Part shown: in pieces, positions 1-13,500 of the stretch
Position numbering within the stretch: the stretch's first letter is position 1
How the letters are laid out: each line of letters opens with the position of its first letter
NCBI GenBank assembly: GCA_963674785.1
Contig: OY771555.1
Location: forward strand, 768,001 to 832,000
DNA length: 64,000 nucleotides
Direction of reading: 5' to 3'
DNA from: Caldisericia bacterium
GTDB lineage: Bacteria; Caldisericota; Caldisericia; JAAYUI01
Made by a program: the position numbers and the translations under genes
Notes under the pieces: model-generated
Seen by the model: only the letters and a program-made list of their open reading frames with translations
What the model was told of the DNA's origin: nothing
The model's database searches: none

Positions 1-3000
1 AAAGACTCGTCAGTGAGTACAATTACAATGGTGTTGATAATGTACCAATAAGATACGACAGATCTGGCTACATTAAGATCGACAGAAGAAATTCACAGTA
101 CTACGAAATCATGAATAATCAGGACTTCACAAATGTTGTGAGTCCAGGCTTCAGAGATGACTGGCATTCAGCACTTGGAGATCCACTTCCAACAAACAGA
201 TACCTTGAAAGATCAAGAGACCTTGTTTACAGAAGCACAACTCCAGCGATCTATCACAGCTATCCAGGCGTCTACAATAACTATGTTTATGCAATCGATG
301 AGATTATTCCAATCCAGCCTGGTAACATCGAAATCAAGGTTACCCTTGCTGATGGAACTGTAAAAATCTTCCAGGATTGCTGTACAAAACCAATCTCAGA
401 TGGAGTTGATGTACACGCACTCGGAATCACACTCGATAATGCCGATGTTGAAGAGCGCGGTGGAATCTTTGTTGATGACACAATCACTCTTGATGTAAGA
501 GTTACAGAAGACGAAAAACCAACAACTGGTGCAAGTGGATTCAACGAATGGGAATTCAGAGAGTGTAACGATGCATTAGTCTTTGCATGGCAGGATACAG
601 GATACTTCGATCCACAGCAGAGTGTATGGATCGGTGCAGGTGATGGTTGGGTAACCAATCCACCAAAGAACTCCAATGTTTACCAGCAGGGAACACAGTA
701 CTTGCCAGATGACGACTTCGATGGTGACGGTAAAGTATCATATGCCTCACACGAGACCGAAATCCTTGGTTCATATGATATCGCAACAAATACATGGACA
801 GGCGCATTTATCGATGCAAGAACCTTCCATAGAAATGATGGACTCTATAAACTTGAAGTAGCTCCAGACAGAGTCGGATTTGACTTTGGTGGATTCGGAC
901 CTACAGGTGATCCATTACCACCAGGTTACAGAGATCACGTAATCGGATTCGATGAAACACTTCCAGTTTGGATTGTTGCCTACAAGTATGGTGATGATAG
1001 TGGCGACAGATCATTCAGACCACTCTTTGATTCACTTCCAGATTCAGTTGGTTCAATGAGCCACGAGGTTTATCTTGCTGGAACAAGAGGATTTGAGGTA
1101 TTCCCACAGGAAGATCTCAACATGACCTACGGTCCAGAGCCACTTACAGCTGGTATGACTCCAGAGCTCCAGAATCCAGAAAGCCCACTTTACTTCACGT
1201 TCACCGATGATAGTGGAGAGCCAGTTGACTTTAGCAAAGGTGTCGAAGATGCTTGGGGCAATGCTGCCGTAATCGATAGAGATATCGCAATGCACTGTTT
1301 TGTCGACCCACATCTTGATAACGAGTACTACTACGGAATGGGTGCAAAACTTCCACAGTACTACTGGACAAGAACTGACCTTCACAACTTTGACGGTACA
1401 CCAATCTGTAACTCAATGATGTACTCACAGCCAAATGATCCGTTCACACCAATCACATTCGAGGTTGTAAGAGATTCGAACGGTGATCCAACTGGTAGAT
1501 ACAACTTCCTTGGATTCACTGCAAATGACCAGGGTGAGTTTGAAGTCTATGGTTACACACCAGATAGAAAGCACAGAGCAAAAGCAACCGTTAAGATTGT
1601 CCAGCCAAAAGTCAACTACATATTCGAAAACGAGAAGGGTGATACCTTTGAGCAGAATGATGATGCTGACTTCATGATGACAGCAAACGATGCACGTCTC
1701 TACAAGATCACAGCGAAGTGCTGGGATGGTCAGGGCGCACTCATTAAGGGTGTTGCAAAAGAAGTTTCAGTATGTTCAGGTTCAGGATCTGATACAGCAA
1801 GATTCACACCATATATCACAAGACCACAGAACTGGGACTTCCAGCTAGCCGACAATGATTATAACATGCTCACTTTCGGAACTGCTCAGTACGGATTCGG
1901 AACTGACCTTATCAGAGGACGTTACGACAAGCTCTTCCTCATCGATGAAGGAAATAGATACTATCCATTCCTTGGTATTGATATCACAAATGATGGTATC
2001 ATTGACCCAATGAACTCAATGAACTCAGAGATCTTTAGGTTCACTGCTATGAGACCATATATGCAGGCTTACTATATCCTCGCAGATACTTGGTATTACA
2101 CAAACTGGGCAGATCCATGGGTACATTTCAATACAACAAACACAAGATACGATGATTTCAGCTATGTAACTGAAGATTCATGGGATGTCATTCCATACAA
2201 TAACGCTGGTTGGGGATGGGGTTCTATCTACAACAACCCATACGAAGGTTCATACATCTTCGCAGACTTCGACCTTGACGGAACACTTACATTCGCAGAC
2301 TCACTTTCATTCAATGAAAATGGTGAAGTAAACTTCTACTTCTGGGCAGATGACATTACCAAGATCGGTGGATTGATTGGAAACAACAACCTCAGTAATG
2401 ACAGAGACTTCTCAGATGTTATCGGTTATCCAGGTTGGTATGGAAAATATGATCCTAACTACATGTACTACAGATATATTGCCAGAAAATCATACAGAGG
2501 ATTCTGGTATGGAACCATGGATCACACATTCAAACTTGACTGGGAAGCAATTCCAGACAGAAATGCATGCTCAGCCGCACCAAATGTGACACTCTATGAC
2601 CCAGAGACTGGCGAAGAAATGGATACCGGACTTCTTGAGGGTGAAGCTGATGAAAACCAGGAAGGTTTGATCCAGGAAGGTACTGATAAAGAGGTCATGA
2701 ACAGACTCTTTGGTCAGTTCGGATATATCGATAGATTGATTGATGAAGAAGAGTATGACTTCACATATGCAGTAAGAAATCATTTCGTTGTCAAAGTAAG
2801 CCCAGCAACCGAAGGTGACCTTGGTGTCTGTGGTTCTAGAGAAAGAAATGAATGGCTTGCCGAACAGGGTGAGGAAATGGAACAGGGATCCATCCTTACT
2901 CTTTCAGCCACCTCTCTCCTGTTTACAGGAAACAAGTATGAATCATCGATTAAGGGTAAACTCGGTGTTTCGGACGAGAGTGACACTGCTGAAACCATTA

Positions 3001-4361
3001 TGTACTGGACACCAACTGGAACTGGTAACAACGTTGCCACCTTGAGTCTTTCAAGGGAGTACAATTGGGGCATGAGAATGCACAGTAACGCTGATGTAAT
3101 AGGTTACGAATATGACTCACCTCTGTATATCGATGGCCTTGAATGGCTTGATGTTGTGACCGGTCTTGAAGTTACAGCGACACCATACAATGGAATTCTC
3201 AAGCTTGGTCAGCCAGACTCAGTTGTTGTAGTAGTAAAAGAAGCTTCAACAGAATATCTTGTTGAAGGTGCAAAAGTTACATTCAAATCAGAAGACGGTG
3301 AGATTGATCTTTCTGCAACAACAAATGCCATTGGTGAAGCACTCTTCCAGAATGTTACACCAACATCACAGTCAAAGATCATTATTGATGCAACTGCAGA
3401 AGGTTACACATCTGGTGACTCAGTACTCTATGTTGACCTCGACCTCACACCACCATCAATTGATGTTGATGACTTCGATTCAATCACAAATAGATCTTCA
3501 ATGACCCTTACAGGTACTGTTAGCAAGGGCGCAAAACTCGATGTTTCTAAGAAGGATGCAAAAGTCGGAGCAGATGGAAAATGGGAATCACAGGTAACAC
3601 TCACAGAAGGTGAAAACCTCATTACACTCCATGCTGTTGGTTCAAATGGTGTTGAGGCCGCAATGACAGTCATCATCAACCTTGATACAACAAAACCAAA
3701 CATCCTCCTCCCAACACAGGCTGATATTGATACCTTTGGTCTTATGGGTGACACCGATGAACTCTGGATTACAGGTAGAGTAACACCTGGCTCAAAGGTT
3801 GAAGTAACAGTTGACCAGGATGGAGACCAGAGAACAGTTCCAGTAACCGTTGCAAACGATACTTGGAAAACAGATTGGTTTGAAGTTAAAGCTGGTTCAG
3901 AGCTTACAGTAAGCGTCAAAGCAACTGATGCTGCCGGTAACGAGGGTTCCGAAATGGGAACCTACACAATCGTCAAGAAACTTGTTGTTGAGCTTGGACT
4001 CAGAAACAGCATTCCAGTAATCAACGGAAACCCAGGAAATGTAATCCAGCCACCAGAACTCGATGCACAGAACAACATCATGGTTCCAATCAAAGACCTT
4101 GAAGATCTCTTTGATGGTATGGCAGTGAACCCAGTGGGTAATGCTCTAACAGTTAGCTACAACGGACTTTCAGCTGAAGCAACTGTTGGAAGTACAAACT
4201 TTACAATCAATGGAAACTCTGCAACATTTGCAGCACCAATAATGACCGGAAGCAAGATTATGGTTCCAATTGCCTTCCTCCAGCAGGTACTTGAACTTTC
4301 AGGCGCAGATGTATCGGTAGATGTCTCCGGTACCACAATTACAATCACCATCATCGGCTGA
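1..4361 (+). CDS. Giant secreted S-layer/sheath-like protein, 5'-truncated by the window edge; paralog of 4553..13660; C-terminal Ig-like repeats and stalk (copper amine oxidase N-terminal-like) domain
   Basis: The frame of ORF 111..4361 is open back to base 3 (RLVSEYNYNGVDNVPIRYDRSGYIKI) and aligns with NHYNGTEYLPISYDYSGRIEI in the downstream paralog. Shared blocks include AIDEIIPI, QDCC, GDGWxTNPP, AYKYGDD and SHEVYLA. DxDxDG motifs are present and codon bias is strong. Confidence 0.85.
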   Translation, partial: RLVSEYNYNGVDNVPIRYDRSGYIKIDRRNSQYYEIMNNQDFTNVVSPGFRDDWHSALGDPLPTNRYLERSRDLVYRSTTPAIYHSYPGVYNNYVYAIDEIIPIQPGNIEIKVTLADGTVKIFQDCCTKPISDGVDVHALGITLDNADVEERGGIFVDDTITLDVRVTEDEKPTTGASGFNEWEFRECNDALVFAWQDTGYFDPQQSVWIGAGDGWVTNPPKNSNVYQQGTQYLPDDDFDGDGKVSYASHETEILGSYDIATNTWTGAFIDARTFHRNDGLYKLEVAPDRVGFDFGGFGPTGDPLPPGYRDHVIGFDETLPVWIVAYKYGDDSGDRSFRPLFDSLPDSVGSMSHEVYLAGTRGFEVFPQEDLNMTYGPEPLTAGMTPELQNPESPLYFTFTDDSGEPVDFSKGVEDAWGNAAVIDRDIAMHCFVDPHLDNEYYYGMGAKLPQYYWTRTDLHNFDGTPICNSMMYSQPNDPFTPITFEVVRDSNGDPTGRYNFLGFTANDQGEFEVYGYTPDRKHRAKATVKIVQPKVNYIFENEKGDTFEQNDDADFMMTANDARLYKITAKCWDGQGALIKGVAKEVSVCSGSGSDTARFTPYITRPQNWDFQLADNDYNMLTFGTAQYGFGTDLIRGRYDKLFLIDEGNRYYPFLGIDITNDGIIDPMNSMNSEIFRFTAMRPYMQAYYILADTWYYTNWADPWVHFNTTNTRYDDFSYVTEDSWDVIPYNNAGWGWGSIYNNPYEGSYIFADFDLDGTLTFADSLSFNENGEVNFYFWADDITKIGGLIGNNNLSNDRDFSDVIGYPGWYGKYDPNYMYYRYIARKSYRGFWYGTMDHTFKLDWEAIPDRNACSAAPNVTLYDPETGEEMDTGLLEGEADENQEGLIQEGTDKEVMNRLFGQFGYIDRLIDEEEYDFTYAVRNHFVVKVSPATEGDLGVCGSRERNEWLAEQGEEMEQGSILTLSATSLLFTGNKYESSIKGKLGVSDESDTAETIMYWTPTGTGNNVATLSLSREYNWGMRMHSNADVIGYEYDSPLYIDGLEWLDVVTGLEVTATPYNGILKLGQPDSVVVVVKEASTEYLVEGAKVTFKSEDGEIDLSATTNAIGEALFQNVTPTSQSKIIIDATAEGYTSGDSVLYVDLDLTPPSIDVDDFDSITNRSSMTLTGTVSKGAKLDVSKKDAKVGADGKWESQVTLTEGENLITLHAVGSNGVEAAMTVIINLDTTKPNILLPTQADIDTFGLMGDTDELWITGRVTPGSKVEVTVDQDGDQRTVPVTVANDTWKTDWFEVKAGSELTVSVKATDAAGNEGSEMGTYTIVKKLVVELGLRNSIPVINGNPGNVIQPPELDAQNNIMVPIKDLEDLFDGMAVNPVGNALTVSYNGLSAEATVGSTNFTINGNSATFAAPIMTGSKIMVPIAFLQQVLELSGADVSVDVSGTTITITIIG

Positions 4362-4387
4362 TTGTAGTAGATAGGATTGAAAATTAT

Positions 4388-4415
4388 CACTCTGACCCCA
4401 AATGGGGTCAGAGTG
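4388..4415 (+). terminator. Strong hairpin after the first giant gene (terminator or mRNA stabiliser)
   Basis: cactctgacccca-aa-tggggtcagagtg is a perfect inverted repeat 26 nt after the stop; there is no U-tract on the + strand. Confidence 0.6.
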
Positions 4416-4473
4416 CGAGAGAAAAAAAGATTGATTTATTTGATTATGAATTATGATTGGTTACGCGAAACTA

Positions 4474-4545
4474 GAAGGAACGTTAGATCGCGGTTTCGAT
4501 CACTCCCAGGGGGGAGAGTCGTGAACCTTCAATTAGGTGAAGGAG
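4474..4545 (+). promoter_or_regulatory. Putative structured 5' leader of the 3035-aa gene with alternative anti-SD pairing
   Basis: gaagg(4474)/ccttc(4526) encloses hairpins gatcg..cgatc and ctccc..gggag. ccttca can instead pair with tgaagg(4538-4543), which overlaps the SD AGGAG. Confidence 0.35.
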
Positions 4546-4552
4546 AGAGCAA

Positions 4553-7500
4553 ATGAGAAAAGTAATAACTACTCTGCTTAGTTTGGCACTAGTTATGGGG
4601 ATGCTCGTTAGTATTCCGTTACTAACTCCCAAGGACACAGAAGCAAAGAATGGTAACCAGCCTGCAACAATGGTTGCAAACAGGTTCCATCGTATCGGTT
4701 TTGACCGTTACGGACGTGAGTTGCCAGATGGAAAGCAGGTCCCATGGCAGAAGGTAGGAGAAATCTGGTGGGGAAGAGAAGGATTCCCAATGCCATTCGC
4801 ATTAAGAGCGGTTGACAATCCACCAAACTCCATTCCACTTCCGCCAGCCACAGCGTCATACGCAACAATCGCAACACCCGCAAGTGGCGACATTAACTCA
4901 CTTACTGGCAGACTTGATGATGAAGCCTTACCATCATCAATCGCCCAGATCCAGGACTTCGGTCTCTGGTCAGAAGTGTGGTTAACTGTTGATGTCACAA
5001 GTGGTGAAGATGCAGCCAGTGGAAATGGACTTACTACTTATAAACATCACTGGTATGTTATCCTCGATGAACACGGACAGCTTTGGTTTGATACCGATGG
5101 TCGATTCAACGACTGCCGTTATTATGGGTATGCAGACCCTTATGATGTGAATTATCAGCTTGACCCACATGATTACACACATGATAACTGCACAGATAAC
5201 CCAAGAGCACTTGTCGACCCAATCGTCTCAAACAACACACAGGGACCATACATTCTTGACCCAGACTACAATCCATTCTCAAACTCAGCTGCAAATGATC
5301 TTGGTTTCCAGTTCTATAGTCTCAGTTATGACCTTGCAAACCAGGCAGCTCCTGTTTATGAATCAAGGATTTATTTCTGGGATGCTGACAAGACCGGTTA
5401 CAACACAAAGAGACTCTGGAAACTCGGTTATGCTGATATGACAGATTACCTTGCAGAAAGAGCACTTGGACCAGCTGGTGCAGTTTGTTCTGGTATCGTC
5501 TACGAAGAAGGTCCAGATCCAGATACCCTCTCAGCACTTCAAGAAAATCTCTATAAGGGGTATGAAGACTGGGACGTTTCGCTCGGTCTTGAGAGATTCC
5601 CAGTAAACCCCAATGGCACCTTCATGGACACAGGCACAGTCCTTCATGCTGAGAACGTCACAGATGCTGCATCATATCCAGATTCTATGACATCCTTCAA
5701 CATGCAGACACCTGTTGCATACAACTTTGGTGAGTTTATCTACAGAAAAGCCGGTGCACAGTCCTATTACCCAATCCCTGCTGATGTTGCAACTGCACCT
5801 TGCTCATTTGTAGACGGCGGCGATGTCAGACTCTCAGATGTTGTTGTCACAAGAAATGGATATATCCAGACTTATCCAGAAGATACAGCAGTATTTGACG
5901 CTGGTGTTATAGCTGTTTGGGATCCAGGTGATGACTATGATGTAGGTACATCACTTTGGACATTTGCAAACCCAGCAACTTCACCAACTTTCACCGAATA
6001 TGAATACTACCATAACCAGAGAGTTGCCGGTGTTGTTAACCCAACCCCTCCAGTTGTAACCTCAAGCTATGACCCAGGTGAATTCATCTACAGAAAAGGC
6101 AATGGAAGCAGTGAAAGATTTGTTGAGGCCGGAGACTTCAGACTTACAAACGTCAGAGGTTGGCAGACAGATGACTTCATGCAGCATGATGCTGACAGAC
6201 CATACCTTATCTTTGATACTGATGGACTTACACGTGCTGGTATCATCGATGGTGACCTTCTTCTTATGGCTGAGGTTATCAATGGTGGTTGCCTTTCACC
6301 ATATTACAACATCGCAGTTCAGACAGATGCCTGGATTGGATGGCGTGATAATGGTATGTGGATGCCTGTCGATATTGGCTACACAGCAGCAGGAATCAGA
6401 TCACAGTTTGATACAACAATCAATCACTATAACAGAGTCCAGAAGAATGCAATGCTCTCATCAAAGAGCGAAGGCTTCTTTGTACCATCAACAGTTTTCC
6501 ATGATGTAAAACTTGAAGAGAGACAGTTTACTGGTTGGTCAATCTGGCTTGATGATGGTGTTGATAACAACATTGGTAGCTATAACTACCAGGCTCTTGC
6601 AAATCCAAATATGCCTGTCCGTGATACAATCGCTGCAGCATCACTCAACCTTTCAAACGATCTTGAAGACAAGTTCTTTGTTGAGCAGACCGTTGGTGGT
6701 GAGTCTCTTGAAAAATGGGACTTCGATTATGGTCGTGGATCAGCGATGGATGACTTTGGTGAGCTTGTTGCATTTACAGATTCCAAAGTAACAAGTGTGC
6801 CAACAGATGTTAACGCAGGTCCTCCATATATGTTCTTTGATGCCGGTGGCGAAGGAATTTTCGGCTGCAACGAGCATATCTACAGAGATATGGATAGATC
6901 CGGCGACATCACAGTTGGCGACCTTAGGCTTACAAATGTCACAACTTTCAGAAACCAGGGTACAGGAACAAACTCAGGTGCAATGATTGCTTATCCAGCA
7001 GGTTCAAAAGTTGGTGCCGGTGATCTCGATGTTGGTGAGATTCTCACTGCATTCCCTGCAGTTTCCGCTCCTGAAGTTTTCTGTTTCTATGATGTTGCAC
7101 ATCCAGCATCAGGTATCCCAAGAAACTACGAGTATGACCCAGGCGAAGACATCTATCTCCAGCCATCAGACGGTGCCGGAAGTTATATAACAGAAGTTGA
7201 TTATCGTTCAGTTCGTGCAACAGAAGTTGACATCCAGGGAAAAGTTTATCCTTGTGGTACACCTGTTTCTCTCTCGCAGGCACTTTATGTTGAAAACGAA
7301 GTCAACATGATTTCAATGGGACATAACGGTCTTTCTAACTTCATGGATATGGAAGTTATCCCTGGAGATATCCAGGTTAAGGTTGAAGTTGACCAGGAAT
7401 TCATGGTTGAGCAGACCTCACACGTTAAAGTTGAAGTTACACCTGCCCCAGACGATCCTGATGACAAATATCATGTTCTCCTTGAGAACGTTCCAAGATC

Positions 7501-10500
7501 GTCATTCAACAATATCGCAGAAACTGTAAGAACAATCGACATGGCACATCCAGAAGCTCACTTTGAAATTACACCATACAGAGGCTCATGTGACCTTACA
7601 GGTTTCGTGCAAGATAGAAAGATTTATGTCCACGTAATCAAAGAAGAGAGCGATCTTAACGCATATAGCGGTCTTCTCATGCTTCCACGTGACGGTGAAT
7701 ACTATGATCCGTTCTGGAAGACAGTTTATAGAGACCCAGAACACCGTGCCTATGCAAACTATGCAAGATACGTCTTTGATCCTGTGACGGATCCAAGATA
7801 TGAGCTTTATGGAGTTCACTACAGAGAACTTTCAAACTCATATGACTGTTATGGAAAATGGGAATCAACAATCCAGCCAGAAGACCTTGACATTACTGCA
7901 AACAGAAAATGTCTCACCGTTCTTGAGCAGAGATTCCCGAACCTTATTCTCACACTCACAAACCACGATAACGAGAATGACGTAAATGACCCTGCAGGTA
8001 TCAGGTTTGCAACACAGTCAATCGCTGACAGACCACATCGTGTTAACTACAACGCACGTGGTGCTGGTGTCAAGTTCCTCTTCACAGCAAACAACATTGA
8101 TTTCACAAAGAAATACATTGTCCAGGTTAATGATGATGATACATTCATCTGCTGGGAGTGGGATGACTATGAACCACTTAACATGCTCTCACCACTCGAT
8201 GTTCTTATGTTCAGAGACATTACTCCTGATCAGACTTGGGGCAACGTGCCTTACTCAGTACCAACATCATTTGGTACAAGCGTAACACCTGACCCACGTT
8301 ATGGTCGTGGAACTACAGGTCAGGCACCAAGACTTCCAGTTGATGCAGAACCAGAATCAGAAGCTGAGAAGTGCTCAGTGACTGATGTTGACTGTTCTGG
8401 AAAACAGGCTACATGTGACCTTTGCGGAATCGGTGGCGGAGAAGTCGAAGACTTTATCCCAACCGGTGCTATCACTCTTAATGACACATATGGCAACAGC
8501 TATATTGAGTTCATCATCCAGACCTTCGGTGTCCCAGCAATGGTTACCGATTATGGATACCTTTCAACAACTGATCCTGGTGGACAAATGGTTTGTGCAG
8601 TTCTTCCAAGAAATGCAAAAACACCTCTTCATATCAGAGTTACAGCAGAACAAACAATCTTCAACTTCAACAGTGTAGACGGACAGCTTTGGCCACCAAA
8701 TGGACCATCATTCCTCAACGACTACACCGGTGGTGTTGACTATTGCGGAACCATCAGCTTTGATATCACACCTCCAGATCCATACGTAAACTTTGCTGAG
8801 CTTACAATGGTTGACCACGCACTACAGTATTCACAGGCCAACTACACAGCTGGTTCAGATTCAGATGGATACCACACAAATCCAACCTCACCTCTTGGAG
8901 TACCTGCACCTCAGATTCAGATTCCATACAACCCAATTATCACAGACCTTACAGAAGAAGTCATCTGTTATCCTGGTGGACAGACACATCCATTTAGACT
9001 TGATGGACCAAATTCCAATAGAAGATCTGGTTGGAATGCATATCCAGCAATCAACAGTGAATATTACAATGGAACAAGCAAATCTCAGTTTGTAAAACTT
9101 GGAACAGAGTTCTTCCCACTTACAGACTACGGATTATTCTTCATCCTCAAAAACCAGCGTGGTGAGCATCTTTCATTTGCTCCAGTAAGTCACTGGATCC
9201 AGGATGAGAATGGTAACTATCCAACAAGATATGACCTTCAGCTTAAGAGAGTCCTCATTGAAGGACCATTCATGAGACCAAAATTCATGAATGCTGAAGA
9301 TACAAACTTCCTCCTCAACAACCATTATAACGGCACAGAATATCTTCCAATCTCATACGACTACAGTGGAAGAATTGAGATTTCAGAAGAAAATGCTGCT
9401 TCATTCATCGCAAATTCACTTAGCTATCATGGTGGAGATTTTGCAAACTGCACACAGCCATATATGACTGATTCTGACCCAGTTAGAAACCAGCTTGTTT
9501 ATCCAGATGATACAAACATCCCAGAGAACGACTATCTCAGACTTCTCGATCGCTCACTCGACTACACTGCAAACCACTTTGCAAACATCGGTGGTAGACC
9601 AGGTGGTGCAAATGATGTATTTGCAATCGATGAAATCATCCCAATCAACTATGGTAACATCTCAATTACCGTTGAGCTTCATGATGGAACAAGAAAGATT
9701 TATCAGGATTGCTGTGTCAAGCCTCCAGTAGATGGTATTGACGTACATGGTCTTGATATCAAGGGTGCACCATCAGAGATCAAGGTTGACCAGGATAACG
9801 TAGTTGAAATTGAACTCTTCGAGTACAACGATATTCAGGTAGTTAACGAATGTAATAATGCACTTGTATTCTGCTGGCAGGATAGAGGTATCAAGCAGAT
9901 CGGTGCAGACATGAGATTTGGTATCGGTGATGGTTGGATCACAAACCCACCAAGAAACAGCAACAAACAGAATCTTGGTTGGCAGTTCCTTCCTGCAGAT
10001 GACTTAAACGGTGACAGCAAGATTTCATTCAATGATTTCGAGACCGAAATCCTTGGAACATATGATATGGTTACCAACACATGGAGTGCAGGAATTATTG
10101 ATGCAAGAACCTACCAGAGAAATGATGGTCAGTATAAGTTTGAACTCACTCAGGACAACGGCTGTATCGTAGATGAAATCGGATTCGACTTCGGTGGCGG
10201 TGATGCATCTGGCGGAAGATTTACATTGCCAGATCATATCATTTCACAGAATGAAGAGCTTCCAATTTGGATCACAGCTTACAAGTATGGTGACGACAAT
10301 AACGATAGAAGCTTCCAGCCATACTATGAGATCCCACCAGAATCATTCTTCGGAAAAGCTGGCTTCTCACATGAAGTTTATCTTGCAGCGACTGCAGCAA
10401 TTACAGTTACTGGTGAAGATGACCTTGTTGTTGAAACAATTCCAACAGTACTTACTGCTGGTGTAACACCAGAGTATGTTGACCCAGATGAACCATTCAC

Positions 10501-13500
10501 ATTCCAGGTTTATCATGAAGATGGTTCAACCCCATTCGACTTTGTTGAAGAGGGTGTTCCAGATTACACCGGTGCATACAGAATCACAGATGATGAGTTT
10601 ATCGCAAACAACATCTTTGTAGACCCAAGACCAGACAACACATACTACAACGGTTACGATGCTGAGCTTCCACAGTACTACTGGCTCAGATTTGACCTTC
10701 AGAACTATGACCCAACATCACAGGGTCAGGGTTGCGATAACCATCATATCTTTGCCTCTGAAATTGAAGCAATCAATTTCATCAAGTATGACTTCACCAA
10801 ATCTGCAGAAGGTAAGTACTCATTCAGAGACTTTGTCGCAAACGATGAGGGTAGCTTCCCAGTTTATATCTACTCACCAGACAGAAAACATTATGCCGTT
10901 CATGATGTTAAAGTTAGACCTCCAAAGGTAGTCTATGAGGTAAGTAACGTCGACGGTGATGGTGCCGAATTTACCGTTCCATCGATTGATGGTGATGCAG
11001 ACTTCCTTCTTACTGCTGCAAATAACAATATGTATAAAGTAAGAGTTACATGTAAAACTTGGGATGGCGAAAAACTTCTCAAGGGTACTGCGAAGGGTGT
11101 AAGTGTTTGCTCAGGATCAGATCAAGATGTCGCAAGATTCACACCAGCATTTACAACCGGTATGTCATTTAACTCATCATATGGTGATCTCTACCTATTT
11201 GGAACAAGAGGCGATATTGTTACCTATGATCAACATCCATTAGATCTTGATGTTGCCTATAGAGCAAGAGTTAGACCACGTATTGGAATTGATACAAATG
11301 GTAATGGTGTTGTTGAGCCTTCAAATAATGAGTTCTTCCAGGCCGGATCGTTTGAGTATCCATTCTTCAATATCTACAGTTACACATCAGGCTCATATAG
11401 CAGATTCTACTTCAGAGAAGTAACTGTAAGTTGGGGTGCAGGCGGCCTTCCACCAGCTTTCTACTACAACACAACTAACCGTACTGACAAAGATATGTAT
11501 GATGGAAAATTGAAGTACAGCACAGGTTACTTCTGTGATATCGTCCCAAGAGATGATTATGAATGGCAGTGGGGACCTGGTGCGATCTATAACAGTTCTC
11601 ACCATGGTGGATATATCTTTGCTGATTTCAACGATGACGGTAACCTCTCTTATGCTGACTCACTCTCACTTGATGATAGAGGACAGACAGAGCTCTATAT
11701 CACAGCAGGTGATATCCAGAGATTTATCGGACTTGTTGGTGACAACCCATGGTCTAACACCAAGTGGGGCGATGTATATGGTGGTAACACACCATACCTT
11801 TCAGGAATCACTAACTTCTCTGGTTCAGATCTTACAGTTAACTTTAAGACTGATTCTTATGCTCCAAGAACAATGAAGAGAAGATATGGATTCAGACCAA
11901 CAGGTTCTTCAAATCCAAGCGCTTTCGTTCCAGCAAGAGACGGTGCGTTTGCACTTGACTGGGAAGCATGGCCAGCAAAAGATAACGCTCTTAAGATTGC
12001 TGCACCAAAAGTAGAAGTGTTCTCAGCTGAGACACATTCGATATTTGGATATGAAATCTTCGACTCAAACAATTTCGATATTGTTTATTCAAAAGATAAT
12101 CACGTCATGATGATCTTCACTCCTGCAGATAGAAGTAATGGTGGTTACGGTGGAATCTGTAGAGATGTCCCACTTATGCCTGGCGCAAAAGTAACCATGT
12201 CTCCACTTAACAGTGGTGGAGCTGCTCCAAACTACTCCTATGGTAGAACAGTCAGATTTAATCCAAGTGATGATATCCTTGAGAATTCACCTGACCTCAG
12301 CAACAACCATGACAAAGCTACACAGTGCATCTCACTCATCAGACCAACAGGTGTTGGAAGAAGTGTACTCTATATGTACTACACCCAGCAGAATAACAGA
12401 TTCATCTACCCATATGAGTACTTCATTTGGAGTGACCTTGATGGATATGCCATCTTCCCAGGATTCGATTCAGTGCGTGGACTTCAGGTTATTGCTGACA
12501 CTGAGTCACTTCTTACCGCTCAGACAACAGGAACCATCAACGTTAAGGTTGTTGAGTATGGAACAAACCATCCAGCTGCAGGAGCCGAGCTTACAATCGA
12601 GGGCGCCGGTGTTTCTATCCCAGCTAAATATTGTAACGATAAGGGTGAATCAACTGTGATTGTTACACCAACAGAAACTGGTGTAATCACGATTAAAGCA
12701 AGCTTGACAGACCATGTTGACGGAATTGGCAAGATTGTTGTTGGTGCAGATACTCAGCCTCCAACACTCACAATTGAGAAACCAACAAACTTCGAGACAA
12801 TCAATGACAAGAAGGTTGAGATTGAAGGAGCAACAAGACCAGGTTCAACACTTACAATCAATGGAAACAAGGTTGCTGTTGACCTTAATGGTGAATTCAA
12901 ATACTCCGCAGCTCTTGAAAATGAAGGTTCAAACACACTTGTTATTAAGTCTATGACACCATCCGGTGCAACAACAATCAGATACGTCACAGTCGTAAGA
13001 GACCTTACTGCTCCACAGCTTCTCATCAATGATGACACACAGATTGTTGCTGGCGCAACAACCTATACTCTTACAGGTAAGGTTGAGCCAGGCTCAACAG
13101 TCACTGTCAATGGTGAGGAAGCAACAGTAGTCTTTGATGTTTGGACAATCAAAGTAAACCTTGTTCCAGGTGAAAACACATTCAGAGTTGAAGCAATGGA
13201 TCCTGTTGGAAACGTTGAAACAAAAGAACACACAGTAACAAACTGGAATAAGGTCGAAATCGAGTTTGTTGTCGGAAACACAACAGCATATGTTGATGGA
13301 CAGCCAAAAAGTATGACAGTTGCCCCAACAACAACCAACGTTTCATCAACACTCATGGTTGATGCAAACTTCTTGTTCTCAGTACTTGGAGATTCAGCAA
13401 GTATCTCACCAGATGGAAATTCCTTCACAATCAAACTTGGTGATTCAACCGCAACATTCACAATCGGTTCAGACATACTTAATGTTGACGGAACTCCAAA

